64,000 bases of DNA from a virus. The DNA is taken from positions 64,001 through 128,000 of IMG/VR virus record IMGVR_UViG_3300043399_000524. One strand, written 5' to 3'. Below are positions 25,952 to 36,637 of the stretch, piece after piece; position 1 is the stretch's first letter, and the number at the start of each line of letters is the position of its first letter. Both the position numbers and the translations under genes were made by a program. Below the pieces are notes generated by a model. The model ran no database searches. It saw only the letters and a list, made by a program, of their open reading frames with translations, and was not told where the DNA came from.

Positions 25952-28900
25952 ATGGCATTAGTATCTCCAGGCGTAGAAGTTACAATCACAGACCAAAGTC
26001 AGTATCTTCCAGCCCCAACAAATTCAGTCCCTCTAGTCGTTTTAGCAACAGCGCAAAACAAAGCTAATGCTAGTGGTACGGGTGTAGCAGCCGCAACAAC
26101 TGCTGCAAACGCAAATAAATTATATCAAGTAACAAGTCAGCGTGATTTAGTTAACTTATACGGAAAGCCGTTCTTTTACACAACAACCAATGGTACTCCT
26201 ATTCAAGGTTATGAATTAAACGAATATGGTCTATTAGCGGCATATTCATTATTGGGAGTTACAAACCGTTGTTACGTACTCCGCGCTGATGTTGATTTAG
26301 CTAGTTTAGTTGGTCAGACAAGCCGTCCAACTGGTGCACCAGAAAATAATACTTATTGGCTAAATACCTCAACATCTACATGGGGTATCTATGAATTTAA
26401 TTCTACAACTGGCTCGTTTACACTTCAAAATCCTATTGTAATTACAGACTCTGGTTCGTTGTCTGGTGGTTTTCCTCTAGATAGCATAGGAAATATAGGC
26501 GATTACGCCGTTAACGCTATTCAACCAATCGGGGCGCCTGCTGCAACGACACCGAAGACATTTTTCTATAAAACTTCAAACAATGTTTGGGTAACTTTAG
26601 GTGGTGGCGCCTGGAGATCAGATATACCTACTGTACAAGGTACTATTTCTAATCCAACACTAAGTCCAACTAGTAATTTTACTATCAATGTAAGTGGAAT
26701 TTGGACAGCTACTGTGAGCGTTGTAGGAACTTCAGTTAATGACGTTGCTACTGCTATTAACAACTTAAACACGCCTACAGTTATTGCTAGAGTTGTAAGT
26801 GGAAAATTACAAATCTTATCAAACCAAATTACATCATCAGGAATACCTTCAATCGTATTAACAGACGGAACAAATACTCCATTGGCTAATTTGGGTATTG
26901 ATGCTGGTACTTATTATCAGCCTGCTCTTGCGTATGGAACTTCCGCACAAATGCCATTATGGTCAGCAAGTCAAACATATCCTAGACCAACAGGTTCAGT
27001 ATGGATTAAAATCGGTATTGCTGGAAATGGTTTATATCCTCAACTATCACAATATAAAACTTCTACAGCGTCTTGGACAACAAAAAATGTTTCACAGTAT
27101 AATTCTGATTGGGCAGCCATTGCTAATTTAGACTCTACTGGCGGCGCCCTTATCCCTGCTGGAACAATCTATGGTCAATATGATTTTGATGGACAGATAT
27201 TGACTTCCCCTTACTATTTGTGGGAAAGAATTGCAACAGGTCCTACTGTTGTTACCGGTGATAATAATAGTCCTCTATTCAACTCTACAAATTTAGGAAC
27301 TGCAGGCCCTTATACTTTAAATTTAAGAGTTAGTGTTCCCGCAAGTACTTCATTATCATCAGTATATACAGTTACAATACCTAATAATGCTGACGCTACT
27401 GATTTTGTTACAGCATGGTTCGCAGCAAATATACCATATACATCTGCTAGTGTAACAACAGATGGTGCTATTCAATTGACTCATACAGAAGGAGGCGTAA
27501 TTATATTAGGCGACTTGTCAAACCAAGTAAGTAATGGAGTTATCGCTGAAGCTGGATTTTCGATTGGTTCGACACCAGGTGTAAAATATGGACCAGTGAA
27601 TCAATATTCATGGACTAATCTTGCATCATCAGGCGGAAGTGGTACTGGGGCAAGATTTGATGTGCTAGGAATCGGTGCCGCTTATTATCTAAATGGAGAT
27701 GGAATTAATGTAGGTGGTAGTGGATATACCGTAGGGGATATCATTACTATTAGTGGTACTATCCTAAGTGGTTCCTCCCCGGCAAATGACTTAAGATTAG
27801 TGGTGACATCTGTAGGTGCATCTAATGCTGTTACAGGAGTCGCATATTATTCAGGTAGTGGTGTGGGCGGATATACTACTCAATTGAGTAATTGGGTAGA
27901 ATTTGCTTATACTAGCAACGAAGGTGCCCCTGTAATTAATCCTGTAAACAATACCAATTGGTTCTACTCAGTAATCGATGAAGTCGATATCATGGTTCAA
28001 AAGAACGGTTCTTGGGTTGGTTATAGAACAACTGCTTATGATTTTAACGGACATCCGGCAGCTAGTGGATCTGCAAACACTGATCCAAACGGACCTATTA
28101 TTTCAGGATCTGCGCCTACTACACAAAGTGATGGTACATCGCTTGTTTGGGGTGATCTATGGATAGACACAAGTGATTTAGAACTATATCCTGTTATATA
28201 TCGTTGGCAAGAGGTTAATGGTATCGATCAGTGGGTACTAATAAACAATACAGACCAAGTTAGCCAAAATGGTATAGTATTTGCTGACGCTCGTTGGTCT
28301 AGTTCTGGTGCTATTGATCCTACAAATGATCCCATACCAACAATTACTAGTTTATTAACAAGTAACTATATTGATTTAGATGCACCGGAGCCAACTTTAT
28401 ATCCACAAGGCATGTTGTTGTTTAACACTCGTCGTAGTGGTTACAATGTAAAACAGTTTAGAACTAACTATTTTACTGGTGCTAATTATCCAGATGCAGG
28501 ATCATATAATCCAGCACAACCTACTAATACTAGTAACTTACCGGCGTACAGCTATACATGGGTTTCTGTAAGTGGTAATCAAGCAAACGGCGCCCCTTAT
28601 ATGGGCCGCAAAGCGCAGCGTGCAATGGTAGTCCAATCTTTGAGAGCCGCTATTGATACTAACTTAGCGATACGTGATGAAGATAATTATTTTAACTTAA
28701 TTGCTTCACCTAACTACCCTGAATTACAACCTAACATGGTTGTATTGAATGCGGATCGTGGTGAAACAGCATTTATCGTTGGTGACACCCCATTGGGTCT
28801 ACCTGATGATGCTACTGCAATTCAAGCCTGGGCAACTAATGCAGCAGGTGCAACAAGTACAGGAGAAGAAGGCTTAGTAACACGCAACACATATTTAGGT

Positions 28901-29548
28901 TTGTTCTATCCAAGTGGAATTACTAACGATTTAGATGGCAACGAAGTTGTTGTACCAGCAAGTCACATGATGTTACGAACAATATTAAACAGTGATACTA
29001 AATCTTATCCTTGGTTAGCACCTGCAGGTACTCGTCGTGGTAACATTGATAACGCATTGAATATTGGTTACTTAGACCGCGATACCGGAGAATTTGTTGC
29101 TATTAAAACACGAATTGGTATCCGCGATGTTCTATATATTAATCAAATCAACCCAATGGTATTCTTTACTGGTGTTGGATTGTTGAACTATGGTAACAAA
29201 GTAAGTTTCAACTCACAATCTGCGTTAGATAGAATCAACGTTGCTCGTTTGATTAACTATGTACGTCGTCAGTTGACAATTGCTGCTCGTCCGTTTGTAT
29301 TCGAACCTAATGACCAGCTAACACGTAATGAAATAGCAGGAGTTGTACAAACATTAATGGTTGACTTAGTTGCTAAACGAGGTATTTACGACTATCTAGT
29401 TGTATGTGACGAAAGTAACAATACACCGGCTCGTATTGATAGAAACGAACTATGGATTGATGTTGCAATTGAGCCAGTCAAGGCTGCTGAATTCATCTAT
29501 ATCCCTGTTCGTGTATTGAATACAGGTGAAATTTCAGGTGTAGTTTAA
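25952..29548 (+). CDS. Contractile tail sheath protein (gp18-like), 1198 aa with large insertions
   Basis: MALVSPGVEV N-terminus; C-terminal YPWLAPAG.RRG, QINP, LDRINVARL, VFEPND, VVCDESNNTP, PVKAAEFIYI. Confidence 0.95.
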   Translation: MALVSPGVEVTITDQSQYLPAPTNSVPLVVLATAQNKANASGTGVAAATTAANANKLYQVTSQRDLVNLYGKPFFYTTTNGTPIQGYELNEYGLLAAYSLLGVTNRCYVLRADVDLASLVGQTSRPTGAPENNTYWLNTSTSTWGIYEFNSTTGSFTLQNPIVITDSGSLSGGFPLDSIGNIGDYAVNAIQPIGAPAATTPKTFFYKTSNNVWVTLGGGAWRSDIPTVQGTISNPTLSPTSNFTINVSGIWTATVSVVGTSVNDVATAINNLNTPTVIARVVSGKLQILSNQITSSGIPSIVLTDGTNTPLANLGIDAGTYYQPALAYGTSAQMPLWSASQTYPRPTGSVWIKIGIAGNGLYPQLSQYKTSTASWTTKNVSQYNSDWAAIANLDSTGGALIPAGTIYGQYDFDGQILTSPYYLWERIATGPTVVTGDNNSPLFNSTNLGTAGPYTLNLRVSVPASTSLSSVYTVTIPNNADATDFVTAWFAANIPYTSASVTTDGAIQLTHTEGGVIILGDLSNQVSNGVIAEAGFSIGSTPGVKYGPVNQYSWTNLASSGGSGTGARFDVLGIGAAYYLNGDGINVGGSGYTVGDIITISGTILSGSSPANDLRLVVTSVGASNAVTGVAYYSGSGVGGYTTQLSNWVEFAYTSNEGAPVINPVNNTNWFYSVIDEVDIMVQKNGSWVGYRTTAYDFNGHPAASGSANTDPNGPIISGSAPTTQSDGTSLVWGDLWIDTSDLELYPVIYRWQEVNGIDQWVLINNTDQVSQNGIVFADARWSSSGAIDPTNDPIPTITSLLTSNYIDLDAPEPTLYPQGMLLFNTRRSGYNVKQFRTNYFTGANYPDAGSYNPAQPTNTSNLPAYSYTWVSVSGNQANGAPYMGRKAQRAMVVQSLRAAIDTNLAIRDEDNYFNLIASPNYPELQPNMVVLNADRGETAFIVGDTPLGLPDDATAIQAWATNAAGATSTGEEGLVTRNTYLGLFYPSGITNDLDGNEVVVPASHMMLRTILNSDTKSYPWLAPAGTRRGNIDNALNIGYLDRDTGEFVAIKTRIGIRDVLYINQINPMVFFTGVGLLNYGNKVSFNSQSALDRINVARLINYVRRQLTIAARPFVFEPNDQLTRNEIAGVVQTLMVDLVAKRGIYDYLVVCDESNNTPARIDRNELWIDVAIEPVKAAEFIYIPVRVLNTGEISGVV

Positions 29549-29549
29549 C

Positions 29550-29571
29550 AAGATGCCCTTAGGGGCATCTT
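29550..29571 (+). terminator. Stable hairpin between sheath and tube genes (no U-tract)
   Basis: AAGATGCCC-ttag-GGGCATCTT. Confidence 0.65.
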
Positions 29572-29606
29572 ATAATTAAGATAAATAGTATACAGGAGAA
29601 ATAAAA

Positions 29607-30242
29607 ATGGCAACAGCCTCTCAATCATTATTCAACATGACCGTCGCTAGCGATAATGCAGGTGGCAACCAAGGTCTGTTGATGCCAAAATTACAATACC
29701 GTTTCAGAGTTAATTTCTTAAATTTCGGTGTTGGTCAAACAGTTGAGTTAACAAAACAAGTAATTGATGTCACTCGTCCCCAAGTTAGCTTCGGGGAAAT
29801 TACTATCCCAGTTTATAACTCTACCTTGTATCTTGCTGGTCGTCACGAATGGCAAGCGTTGACTATTAACGTTAGAGATGACGCACAAGGTCAAGTTTCT
29901 AAATTAGTTGGTCAACAATTGCAGAAACAATTAGATTTTGTTGAACAAGCAAGCGCCGCAACAGGACAAGATTATAAGTTTCAAACAAACATTGAAATAT
30001 TAGACGGTGGTAATGGTACTGTTGCACCGCAAGTATTAGAAACTTGGGAAGTTTATGGATGTTTCTTGCAACAAGCAAACTACAATAATTTGGCATACAG
30101 TGCAAACGAAGCAGTTACAATTGCCCTAACAATTCGCTTTGATAATGCAATACAGAGTCCTCTAACTTCTGGTGTTGGCACAAGCATTGGTCGTGTATTA
30201 GGTGGTGCTACTGTAACAGGTATTGGCGCGCCACAAGGCTAA
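29607..30242 (+). CDS. Tail tube protein (gp19-like)
   Basis: PKLQYRFRV, RP.VSF, GRHEWQ.LTINVRDD, W.VYGCF, L.Y, TIRFDNA; follows the sheath gene. Confidence 0.9.
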   Translation: MATASQSLFNMTVASDNAGGNQGLLMPKLQYRFRVNFLNFGVGQTVELTKQVIDVTRPQVSFGEITIPVYNSTLYLAGRHEWQALTINVRDDAQGQVSKLVGQQLQKQLDFVEQASAATGQDYKFQTNIEILDGGNGTVAPQVLETWEVYGCFLQQANYNNLAYSANEAVTIALTIRFDNAIQSPLTSGVGTSIGRVLGGATVTGIGAPQG

Positions 30243-30257
30243 TATCAAGGCAGATAC

Positions 30258-31481
30258 ATGAGTGGATTTTTTCAAAATTTATTAAAAGATACCGTAAAGG
30301 GTTTTTTTGGTAATGAATATGTAAGAGATTATACTCATGCTGCCAAAACTTTTAGGTCGAATGCATATCAATACGCACCTAAATTAAAATTTTTATTTCA
30401 TGTATACTTTGAAATTAACCCTGCTGTCTATGCCAAAGGCATAGCCCAGGGTTCTAATTTTGGTCTTGCTGTAAAAACAATCGATTTACCTAAATATTCG
30501 ATTGATACAGCAATCATGAACCAATACAACAGAAAAAGACTAGTACAAACTAAAATTAAGTATCAACCCATTACCGTAGTATTCCATGATGATAACGGTA
30601 ATATAGTCAACGATATGTGGTATAATTATTATACCTATTACTTTCAAGATGCGAATAAACCAGTAGTATCAAGTGCAGGTAGACAAACCACTAATGTCAG
30701 TAACAGTGGTTCAATCGATTTTAATTCTAGAAACTTATACAAACCTGATATATCAGGAGACGAAGATTGGGGATTCATTGGAGAAACTAGTACCCCCGCC
30801 GGAACAGCTAGCCAATTGGCACAGGGTATAAGTAAAATTCCTTTCTTTAAAAGTATACAAATATTTGGATTTAACCAACATAATTTTATACAGTACACAT
30901 TAATTAATCCAGTAATCACGGCGTTTAACCACGATACATATGATTATAGTCAAGGCAATGGCACCATGTCAAATACAATGACAATTGACTATGAAACAGT
31001 TAAATATGCAGAGGGTGCGCTCGACGGCAGATCGCCAAGTAATATTGTCACTGGTTTTGGATTGGACGCAAATTATGACAGGACACCAAGTCCTATTCAG
31101 CGTCCCGGTGCTAATGGTACTATATTAGGTCAAGGTGGATTAGTAGATGCAGCGGGTGGTTTTATTAATGATTTGTCGAATGGAAACATATTGGGTGCAA
31201 TTCGTACTGCCGGAACTGCATATAATACTTTTAAAAATAAAGACTTAAAGCAAATAGCAACTTCTGATGTAAATTCTATTTTAACCAATGCGGTACAGCA
31301 ACAACTACCGAGCGCCGTAAGAACAAATACATATTATCCCGGTTATGGGACAACTCCAAATAATGTTGCCGGCGCACCAAACTCAGGCCTTTCACAACCA
31401 CCACAAATTTCAAGTACAGGAACGGGTGTCAATACAGCAGTACAACCCGCCGGCAAACAAACTATTCCTGGTCAAAAATAA
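30258..31481 (+). CDS. Tube-fold baseplate protein (gp48/gp54-like)
   Basis: VKTIDLPKYSID, NQYNRKRLVQTKIKYQPITVVFHDD, TMTIDYE. Confidence 0.75.
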   Translation: MSGFFQNLLKDTVKGFFGNEYVRDYTHAAKTFRSNAYQYAPKLKFLFHVYFEINPAVYAKGIAQGSNFGLAVKTIDLPKYSIDTAIMNQYNRKRLVQTKIKYQPITVVFHDDNGNIVNDMWYNYYTYYFQDANKPVVSSAGRQTTNVSNSGSIDFNSRNLYKPDISGDEDWGFIGETSTPAGTASQLAQGISKIPFFKSIQIFGFNQHNFIQYTLINPVITAFNHDTYDYSQGNGTMSNTMTIDYETVKYAEGALDGRSPSNIVTGFGLDANYDRTPSPIQRPGANGTILGQGGLVDAAGGFINDLSNGNILGAIRTAGTAYNTFKNKDLKQIATSDVNSILTNAVQQQLPSAVRTNTYYPGYGTTPNNVAGAPNSGLSQPPQISSTGTGVNTAVQPAGKQTIPGQK

Positions 31482-31510
31482 TCTTGCATAAATACTCTAC
31501 GGAGATTTAT

Positions 31511-31870
31511 ATGGCAAAAATTATTGATTCACGAACACAACTCGATCAAACAGTTCAAATTTTTGATGAATTCTATGAATTTAATTTAGTTGTAAGTGGT
31601 AGTGAATATGATATTGTTTTTTCATATTTCAAAAGTATCTGCGATACTACCCAAATTGCAGGAAATTTTACTGTCAAATTATTTAGAATTTCTCAAGAAA
31701 CTCAAATCCCTGTTTTAGACTTACTAAGATATATTCAAGGTAAAACACAGCTAGAAACAAATACCGTTATAGCATATTACCTAAACAGTTTTAAATCAAA
31801 AACTTCTCTTTATGGATTTGGTACTTTGCCACAACCAAATGAATCCGTTCAAAGAAACATAGTTCAATAA
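31511..31870 (+). CDS. Hypothetical late protein
   Basis: Late promoter 31489, SD GGAG 31501. Confidence 0.7.
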   Translation: MAKIIDSRTQLDQTVQIFDEFYEFNLVVSGSEYDIVFSYFKSICDTTQIAGNFTVKLFRISQETQIPVLDLLRYIQGKTQLETNTVIAYYLNSFKSKTSLYGFGTLPQPNESVQRNIVQ

Positions 31871-32317
31871 ATGGGTAACTGGGCACAAGGGACATTTGCT
31901 CCCAAGAATCCTGAAAAGTATGTAGGCAAACATGCTCCAAGATATCGTAGTGGCTGGGAACTAAGAGTAATGATGTTTTTAGATGAAAATAAACACATCA
32001 ATCATTGGGCTAGTGAAGCGATATCCATTCCTTATAGAAACCCATTAACCGGGAAACTCTCAAGGTACGTACCTGATTTTTTTGTAGTATACGAAAATAA
32101 ATTTCACCAGATGAAGGCAGAAATTATTGAGGTTAAACCAAAAAGTCAAACTTCATTAAAAGAAGCAAGAACAAGACAAGATCAAGCACATGCTATAGTA
32201 AACCAGGCTAAATTTATGGCTGCAATGGCTTATTGCAAACAACATGGTTATGTTTTTAGAGTTATAAGCGAGGATTCTATTTTTATGAATACCAAAAGTA
32301 ATCCTAAAAAGAGATAA
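31871..32317 (+). CDS. Head completion nuclease, T4 gp4-like (TnsA-type)
   Basis: PEKYVG...YRSGWE...WASE...IPY...YVPDF...IEVKP...NQAK. Confidence 0.9.
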   Translation: MGNWAQGTFAPKNPEKYVGKHAPRYRSGWELRVMMFLDENKHINHWASEAISIPYRNPLTGKLSRYVPDFFVVYENKFHQMKAEIIEVKPKSQTSLKEARTRQDQAHAIVNQAKFMAAMAYCKQHGYVFRVISEDSIFMNTKSNPKKR

Positions 32318-32322
32318 ATAAA

Positions 32323-32358
32323 AGTGTAGTTCGCGGAATGGGGATTCCCAACTACTCT
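32323..32358 (+). ncRNA. Candidate structured leader of the HNH gene
   Basis: GTAGTT/AACTAC outer stem and GGAAT/ATTCC inner stem, between late promoter 32315 and SD AAGGAG 32367. Confidence 0.5.
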
Positions 32359-32381
32359 AACGCTACAAGGAGCAATCAGCA

Positions 32382-33125
32382 ATGATATTTATCAATAACC
32401 GCTATACAGCAATCTATTATAGAATAATTGAAAATTCAATTCAACAAGAATCTACAAAGGATGGTAAAGAACGCCATCATATAATACCTGAGTCATTTTT
32501 TATTAATAGGTCACGTCCGGGCCCGAAAGGTTGGCTAACCGGTAATCCCGAAGATTGTTCTAATATAGTATTTTTAACTCCACGTGAACATGCTTTTTGT
32601 CATAAATTACTAGTACGAATGACAATAGGAAAAATGAAATCTAAAATGATTCTAGCAATTTGGCGAATGTTGAATAGTAAACACACAAAGTTGTTTTCTT
32701 CAAAAGATTATGAAAAGTATAGATTATTGTTCATTGATGCAATCAAAGTTATGAATACCGGGAAAAGAAAACCTTTAAGCAACGAACATAAATCAAATAT
32801 ATCAAAATCATCTAAAGGGACTCCTAAGACTGATCTCGCAAAAAACAACATGAAATTAGCATGGACGTCAAGGGATAGAACAGTAAAACAATCTACTAGG
32901 GAACTTAACAGAATTGCTAGTAATAGATATTGGTCTTCTGATGAGGCGAGAAAAGTCCAGTCTGAAAAAAGAAAACAATTTATCCACTCAAATCCTTCCA
33001 TAATAGATGACCAAATAAAAAATCTTAACAAATTAAGTAAGTGTGAACATTGTGATAAAACTATGAATCTTGGAAACTATAAAAGATGGCACGGACCCAA
33101 ATGTAAACTAAATAAACTACTATGA
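32382..33125 (+). mobile_element. Free-standing HNH homing endonuclease with NUMOD3-like DNA-binding segments
   Basis: ERHHIIPES...NIVFLTPREHAFCHKLL; GKRKPLSNEHKSNISKS; C-terminal CEHC...RWHG..C. Confidence 0.85.
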
Positions 33126-33607
33126 CAAAAAAATTGCAGGAATTATTTGAATTACCAGAAGATGACCTAAAAGAGGTAAATGAATCTTTAATCGAAAAAG
33201 CTGAGGCTGATTTAATCACTGAAGAAGCATATAATACCATAGACAAAATAGAAAAAGCACTACCGCAAGTTAAAGGATTAGAAGCTAGTGACGGTGAAAT
33301 GGACGAGTTAGCGCAACTTGCAACAAGTAGCTATAAAGACTTGATGGATTTGGGAATGCAAGTTGATAGTCGTTTTGCTAGCGAAATCTTCAATAGTGCG
33401 AGTTCTATGCTAGGACATGCTATCACGGCAAAGACAGCAAAAATTAATAAGAAGTTGAAGATGCTAGACTTGCAGTTAAAAAAAGCACAACTAGACCAAA
33501 AAATTGCCGGAAAAACGGAAGAAATTGAAGCAACCCCATTGGGTGAGGGTAAGAGTTTGGATCGAAATGAACTACTTAAAATGCTAGCTGCTAAAAAAGA
33601 CGAATAA
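33122..33607 (+). CDS. Helical protein, possible terminase small subunit
   Basis: All-helical 161 aa next to the gp4-like gene; assignment is inferred from position and size only. Confidence 0.4.
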   Translation: MTKKLQELFELPEDDLKEVNESLIEKAEADLITEEAYNTIDKIEKALPQVKGLEASDGEMDELAQLATSSYKDLMDLGMQVDSRFASEIFNSASSMLGHAITAKTAKINKKLKMLDLQLKKAQLDQKIAGKTEEIEATPLGEGKSLDRNELLKMLAAKKDE

Positions 33608-33635
33608 AGATAAATACTGAATATAGGAATAACAA

Positions 33636-34265
33636 ATGAAAAGCCTAAAACAATATATTGTAGAAAGTGTTCACACATACAATTACACGATTAAAATTGC
33701 CGGTAATGTAGACAAAAACTGGCTAGATATGTTCAAGTACAACTTGAAGAAATTTGATCCTGTAAAGATTGATGAACCAAAGACTACACCTATTCAGAAA
33801 GATCCATACGGATTTCCCAACATACACAACCAACCTGTTACTATCATTAAAGCAGAATTTCGTTACCCAGCTAACGAACCCATGATTCAACAAATTGCTC
33901 AATTGTTAGGTTATCAAGTTGATATGGTTCGTGTAATTGGATCAGACTATGACGATAGCATCAACAGCGAAGCAGAAGGCTATGCTAATGAAATGAGTCA
34001 TAATCCATTATTGCTACATCCTGAACTAGAAGAACAACCTGGTGCTAAGGAAGCAAATAAGAATTATTCTGATAGCTATTTAAGCTCTATCAAAGACCAA
34101 GCTAAAGACAGTAAAATTGACATTCCATATGCAGGTACAAAGACTCCTGATGCATTTGATCCATTCAAACCTTATTTGGCAAATGATCCAAGAGGAATGA
34201 AGAGCCCAATGTCAACAATTAAACGTCCACCAAAGCCTGCAACAGGTGCAAGCGCATCAAAATAA
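33636..34265 (+). CDS. Probable internal head protein with capsid-targeting-like N-terminus
   Basis: MKSLKQYIVE|S resembles T4 CTS MKTYQEFIAE; late promoter 33611. Confidence 0.55.
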   Translation: MKSLKQYIVESVHTYNYTIKIAGNVDKNWLDMFKYNLKKFDPVKIDEPKTTPIQKDPYGFPNIHNQPVTIIKAEFRYPANEPMIQQIAQLLGYQVDMVRVIGSDYDDSINSEAEGYANEMSHNPLLLHPELEEQPGAKEANKNYSDSYLSSIKDQAKDSKIDIPYAGTKTPDAFDPFKPYLANDPRGMKSPMSTIKRPPKPATGASASK

Positions 34266-34277
34266 GAGGAATTAAAA

Positions 34278-36542
34278 ATGAACTTCAAAGATATGTTAGA
34301 AAAGATTAGTCTACTAAGTGAAGCTACTAAAGAAACGCCAACGGGTAAAGTACACAAGGCTGAGCCAGGTGGATATGGTCGTAAATATGATACCGATGAA
34401 GAAGGTGATGAAAAAAAAGCAGCCAAGGCAGATGCACCTAAGCGTGGACGCGGCCGCCCCAAGAAAGGCGCTGATGATGCAGGTGAAGTAAAAACATACG
34501 ATACAAAAACATTGGGTGGTGTATTTGGTGGTGGAAAGAAACCCAAAAAAGAAGTAGGTAAAGTTTCTAAAAAGCATAGTTTAAAAGAATATTTTGATTC
34601 ATTAGATTCTGCACTTAATGAGATGCAAACGCAACAACCTATTCCGGTTGTTAGTAAACAGGGCGCTACACAATCAACCGGTGCAGGTTTTATTCATATC
34701 GATGATACCAGCCCTGCAGGCAAAGCAATGAGCGATGCTTTAGGAAAATTGGCACAACAAAAGAAAGCACAGATTGTTGTTCCTACGGCACAACAAGCTA
34801 CACAACAAAAGCCCACGGCTACTGCAGGCGGTGCAACAAATCAACCTGCCATGTCTGAAAAGTGGGAAGGTGGCGCAGAAGTTGAGAAGACCGGTGAGTA
34901 TGCAGGTAAAACAACTGCTGAATTAAAATCTATGTTAGCTAAACTACATAAGAGTGGTCCTCACAAGCGAGGAAGTCCCGAAGAAAAGAAAATGCATCAA
35001 ATCAATTTTGCACTACGAGCAAAGGGTGGTTGGAAAAAAGGTGAAGGTGCGGCATCTAGAGAAGATATGGCAGAAGCAGACATGCCACCGCAGGATTCAA
35101 TGGCAAGTCCATTAACACTAGAAGGAAAAGGTTCTAAACCTGATTTCTTAGATTTAGACAAAGACGGCAACAAAAAAGAATCAATGAAGAAGGCCGCAAA
35201 AGACAAAAAGAAAGTTGATGAAGGTATGGAACATAAACTAAAGGCGGCACGCCATGCAGGCAAGGCACATGCTTTAGCTAAAGAGGGTTACAACTGCCGT
35301 TACGATGACATGGAAGAAGCAAGACACTATCACGAAGGCTATAAAGAAGGCTTGGATGAGTGCTATGGACAAATGCCAATTCAAGGTTATGTAGGTGAAA
35401 CAACTCCACCTGCAACAGTTCCTGGTATGGCTAATCAAGCGGAACACGACGATGTAGAAGAAGGAAATGCTTTTACAGCAGCACTAGCTAAAACACCAAA
35501 AGGTGGTAAGTTCAGTGTAGGCGGTAAGACATTTACAGACAGAACAAACTATGATGCCAAAGTAACAGAAAGCCCATTTGCATTCGAAGCATGGGATAAC
35601 CAATTATCTGCTTTACTTGAAGGTAAAGAAGAAGTTGCCGAAGGCATGACTGTTTCTATCAGCAAGGGTCAACAAGGCATGCCCGACTCTGTTTCAGTAA
35701 CAGCGCAAGACCAAGAAGCTGACCAACTATTAGGTCTAATCAAACAAGCAGGTTTGGGTCTATTTGGTGGTGACGAGGCACAACCAACAGCTTCTAGTCC
35801 AATGTCTCTACAACCAGCAGACGGGGAACATGGCGCTGAAGAAATTGGCGTTGTTGGTGACCATGATGGTATGATGGATTTAATAAAGAAGGTTACTGGT
35901 GCTTCGGTTGGTCCACAAGGCGGCGAAATCTCTGCTGACCACGATGCCGACTACGAAGAAGAAGGTGGTGAAACTCATGACCATGAGCACACTGATGAAG
36001 AAACATGCAACGAATGTGGTATGTACGAGTCAAAATGCGAGTGTGACCATGAAAAAGTTGATGAAGTTGAGTCAGAAGATCAAATGACTTATCAAGTTGC
36101 AGAAGATAATCCTCCTGACAGTGGTGCAGAAGAATTTCAAGCAATGGATCAAGAAATAGCACAAGATAATGCAGCAGCTAGTTCACATGGTGGTGCACAA
36201 AATTCTAACTTAGAAGAAGAATCTGAGGAAGAAGAAGACGACCATGCAGAAGAAGCCGGTGAAAAAGTTACTAAAGACATTGAATACGATGACAAGAAAG
36301 ACAAGAAACTTGACGAATGGGCTAACGAAGCAGGTAAAAAAGGTACAGATACTACATTTGAGCAAGACATTGATTACATGATGAATGTAATCACAGGTGG
36401 TTTGAACAAGCGTAAAGTTACTGGTCAGACAACTATCCCTGTTATCGCAAGTCAAACAAACAGACAAGTTTCTCACAATACTACTGATATAAACGAATCA
36501 ACAGATGATGTTGCAGCATGGAAAAAACTAGCAGGTATTTAA
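34278..36542 (+). CDS. Highly charged modular protein; probable prohead core/internal polyprotein
   Basis: More than 10 [LIVM]xE sites separating short modules; ends WKKLAGI; highly expressed codon usage. Confidence 0.6.
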   Translation: MNFKDMLEKISLLSEATKETPTGKVHKAEPGGYGRKYDTDEEGDEKKAAKADAPKRGRGRPKKGADDAGEVKTYDTKTLGGVFGGGKKPKKEVGKVSKKHSLKEYFDSLDSALNEMQTQQPIPVVSKQGATQSTGAGFIHIDDTSPAGKAMSDALGKLAQQKKAQIVVPTAQQATQQKPTATAGGATNQPAMSEKWEGGAEVEKTGEYAGKTTAELKSMLAKLHKSGPHKRGSPEEKKMHQINFALRAKGGWKKGEGAASREDMAEADMPPQDSMASPLTLEGKGSKPDFLDLDKDGNKKESMKKAAKDKKKVDEGMEHKLKAARHAGKAHALAKEGYNCRYDDMEEARHYHEGYKEGLDECYGQMPIQGYVGETTPPATVPGMANQAEHDDVEEGNAFTAALAKTPKGGKFSVGGKTFTDRTNYDAKVTESPFAFEAWDNQLSALLEGKEEVAEGMTVSISKGQQGMPDSVSVTAQDQEADQLLGLIKQAGLGLFGGDEAQPTASSPMSLQPADGEHGAEEIGVVGDHDGMMDLIKKVTGASVGPQGGEISADHDADYEEEGGETHDHEHTDEETCNECGMYESKCECDHEKVDEVESEDQMTYQVAEDNPPDSGAEEFQAMDQEIAQDNAAASSHGGAQNSNLEEESEEEEDDHAEEAGEKVTKDIEYDDKKDKKLDEWANEAGKKGTDTTFEQDIDYMMNVITGGLNKRKVTGQTTIPVIASQTNRQVSHNTTDINESTDDVAAWKKLAGI

Positions 36543-36555
36543 TTAAAACTTGTAC

Positions 36556-36585
36556 AAAATACCCGGCTTAGCCGGGTATTTTTTT
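36556..36585 (+). terminator. Rho-independent terminator
   Basis: AAAATACCCGGC-tta-GCCGGGTATTTT followed by TTT. Confidence 0.92.
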
Positions 36586-36637
36586 GGGTACGACACTTTA
36601 TGAAAAAACGATAAATACTTAATAAGGTGATTTAAAA

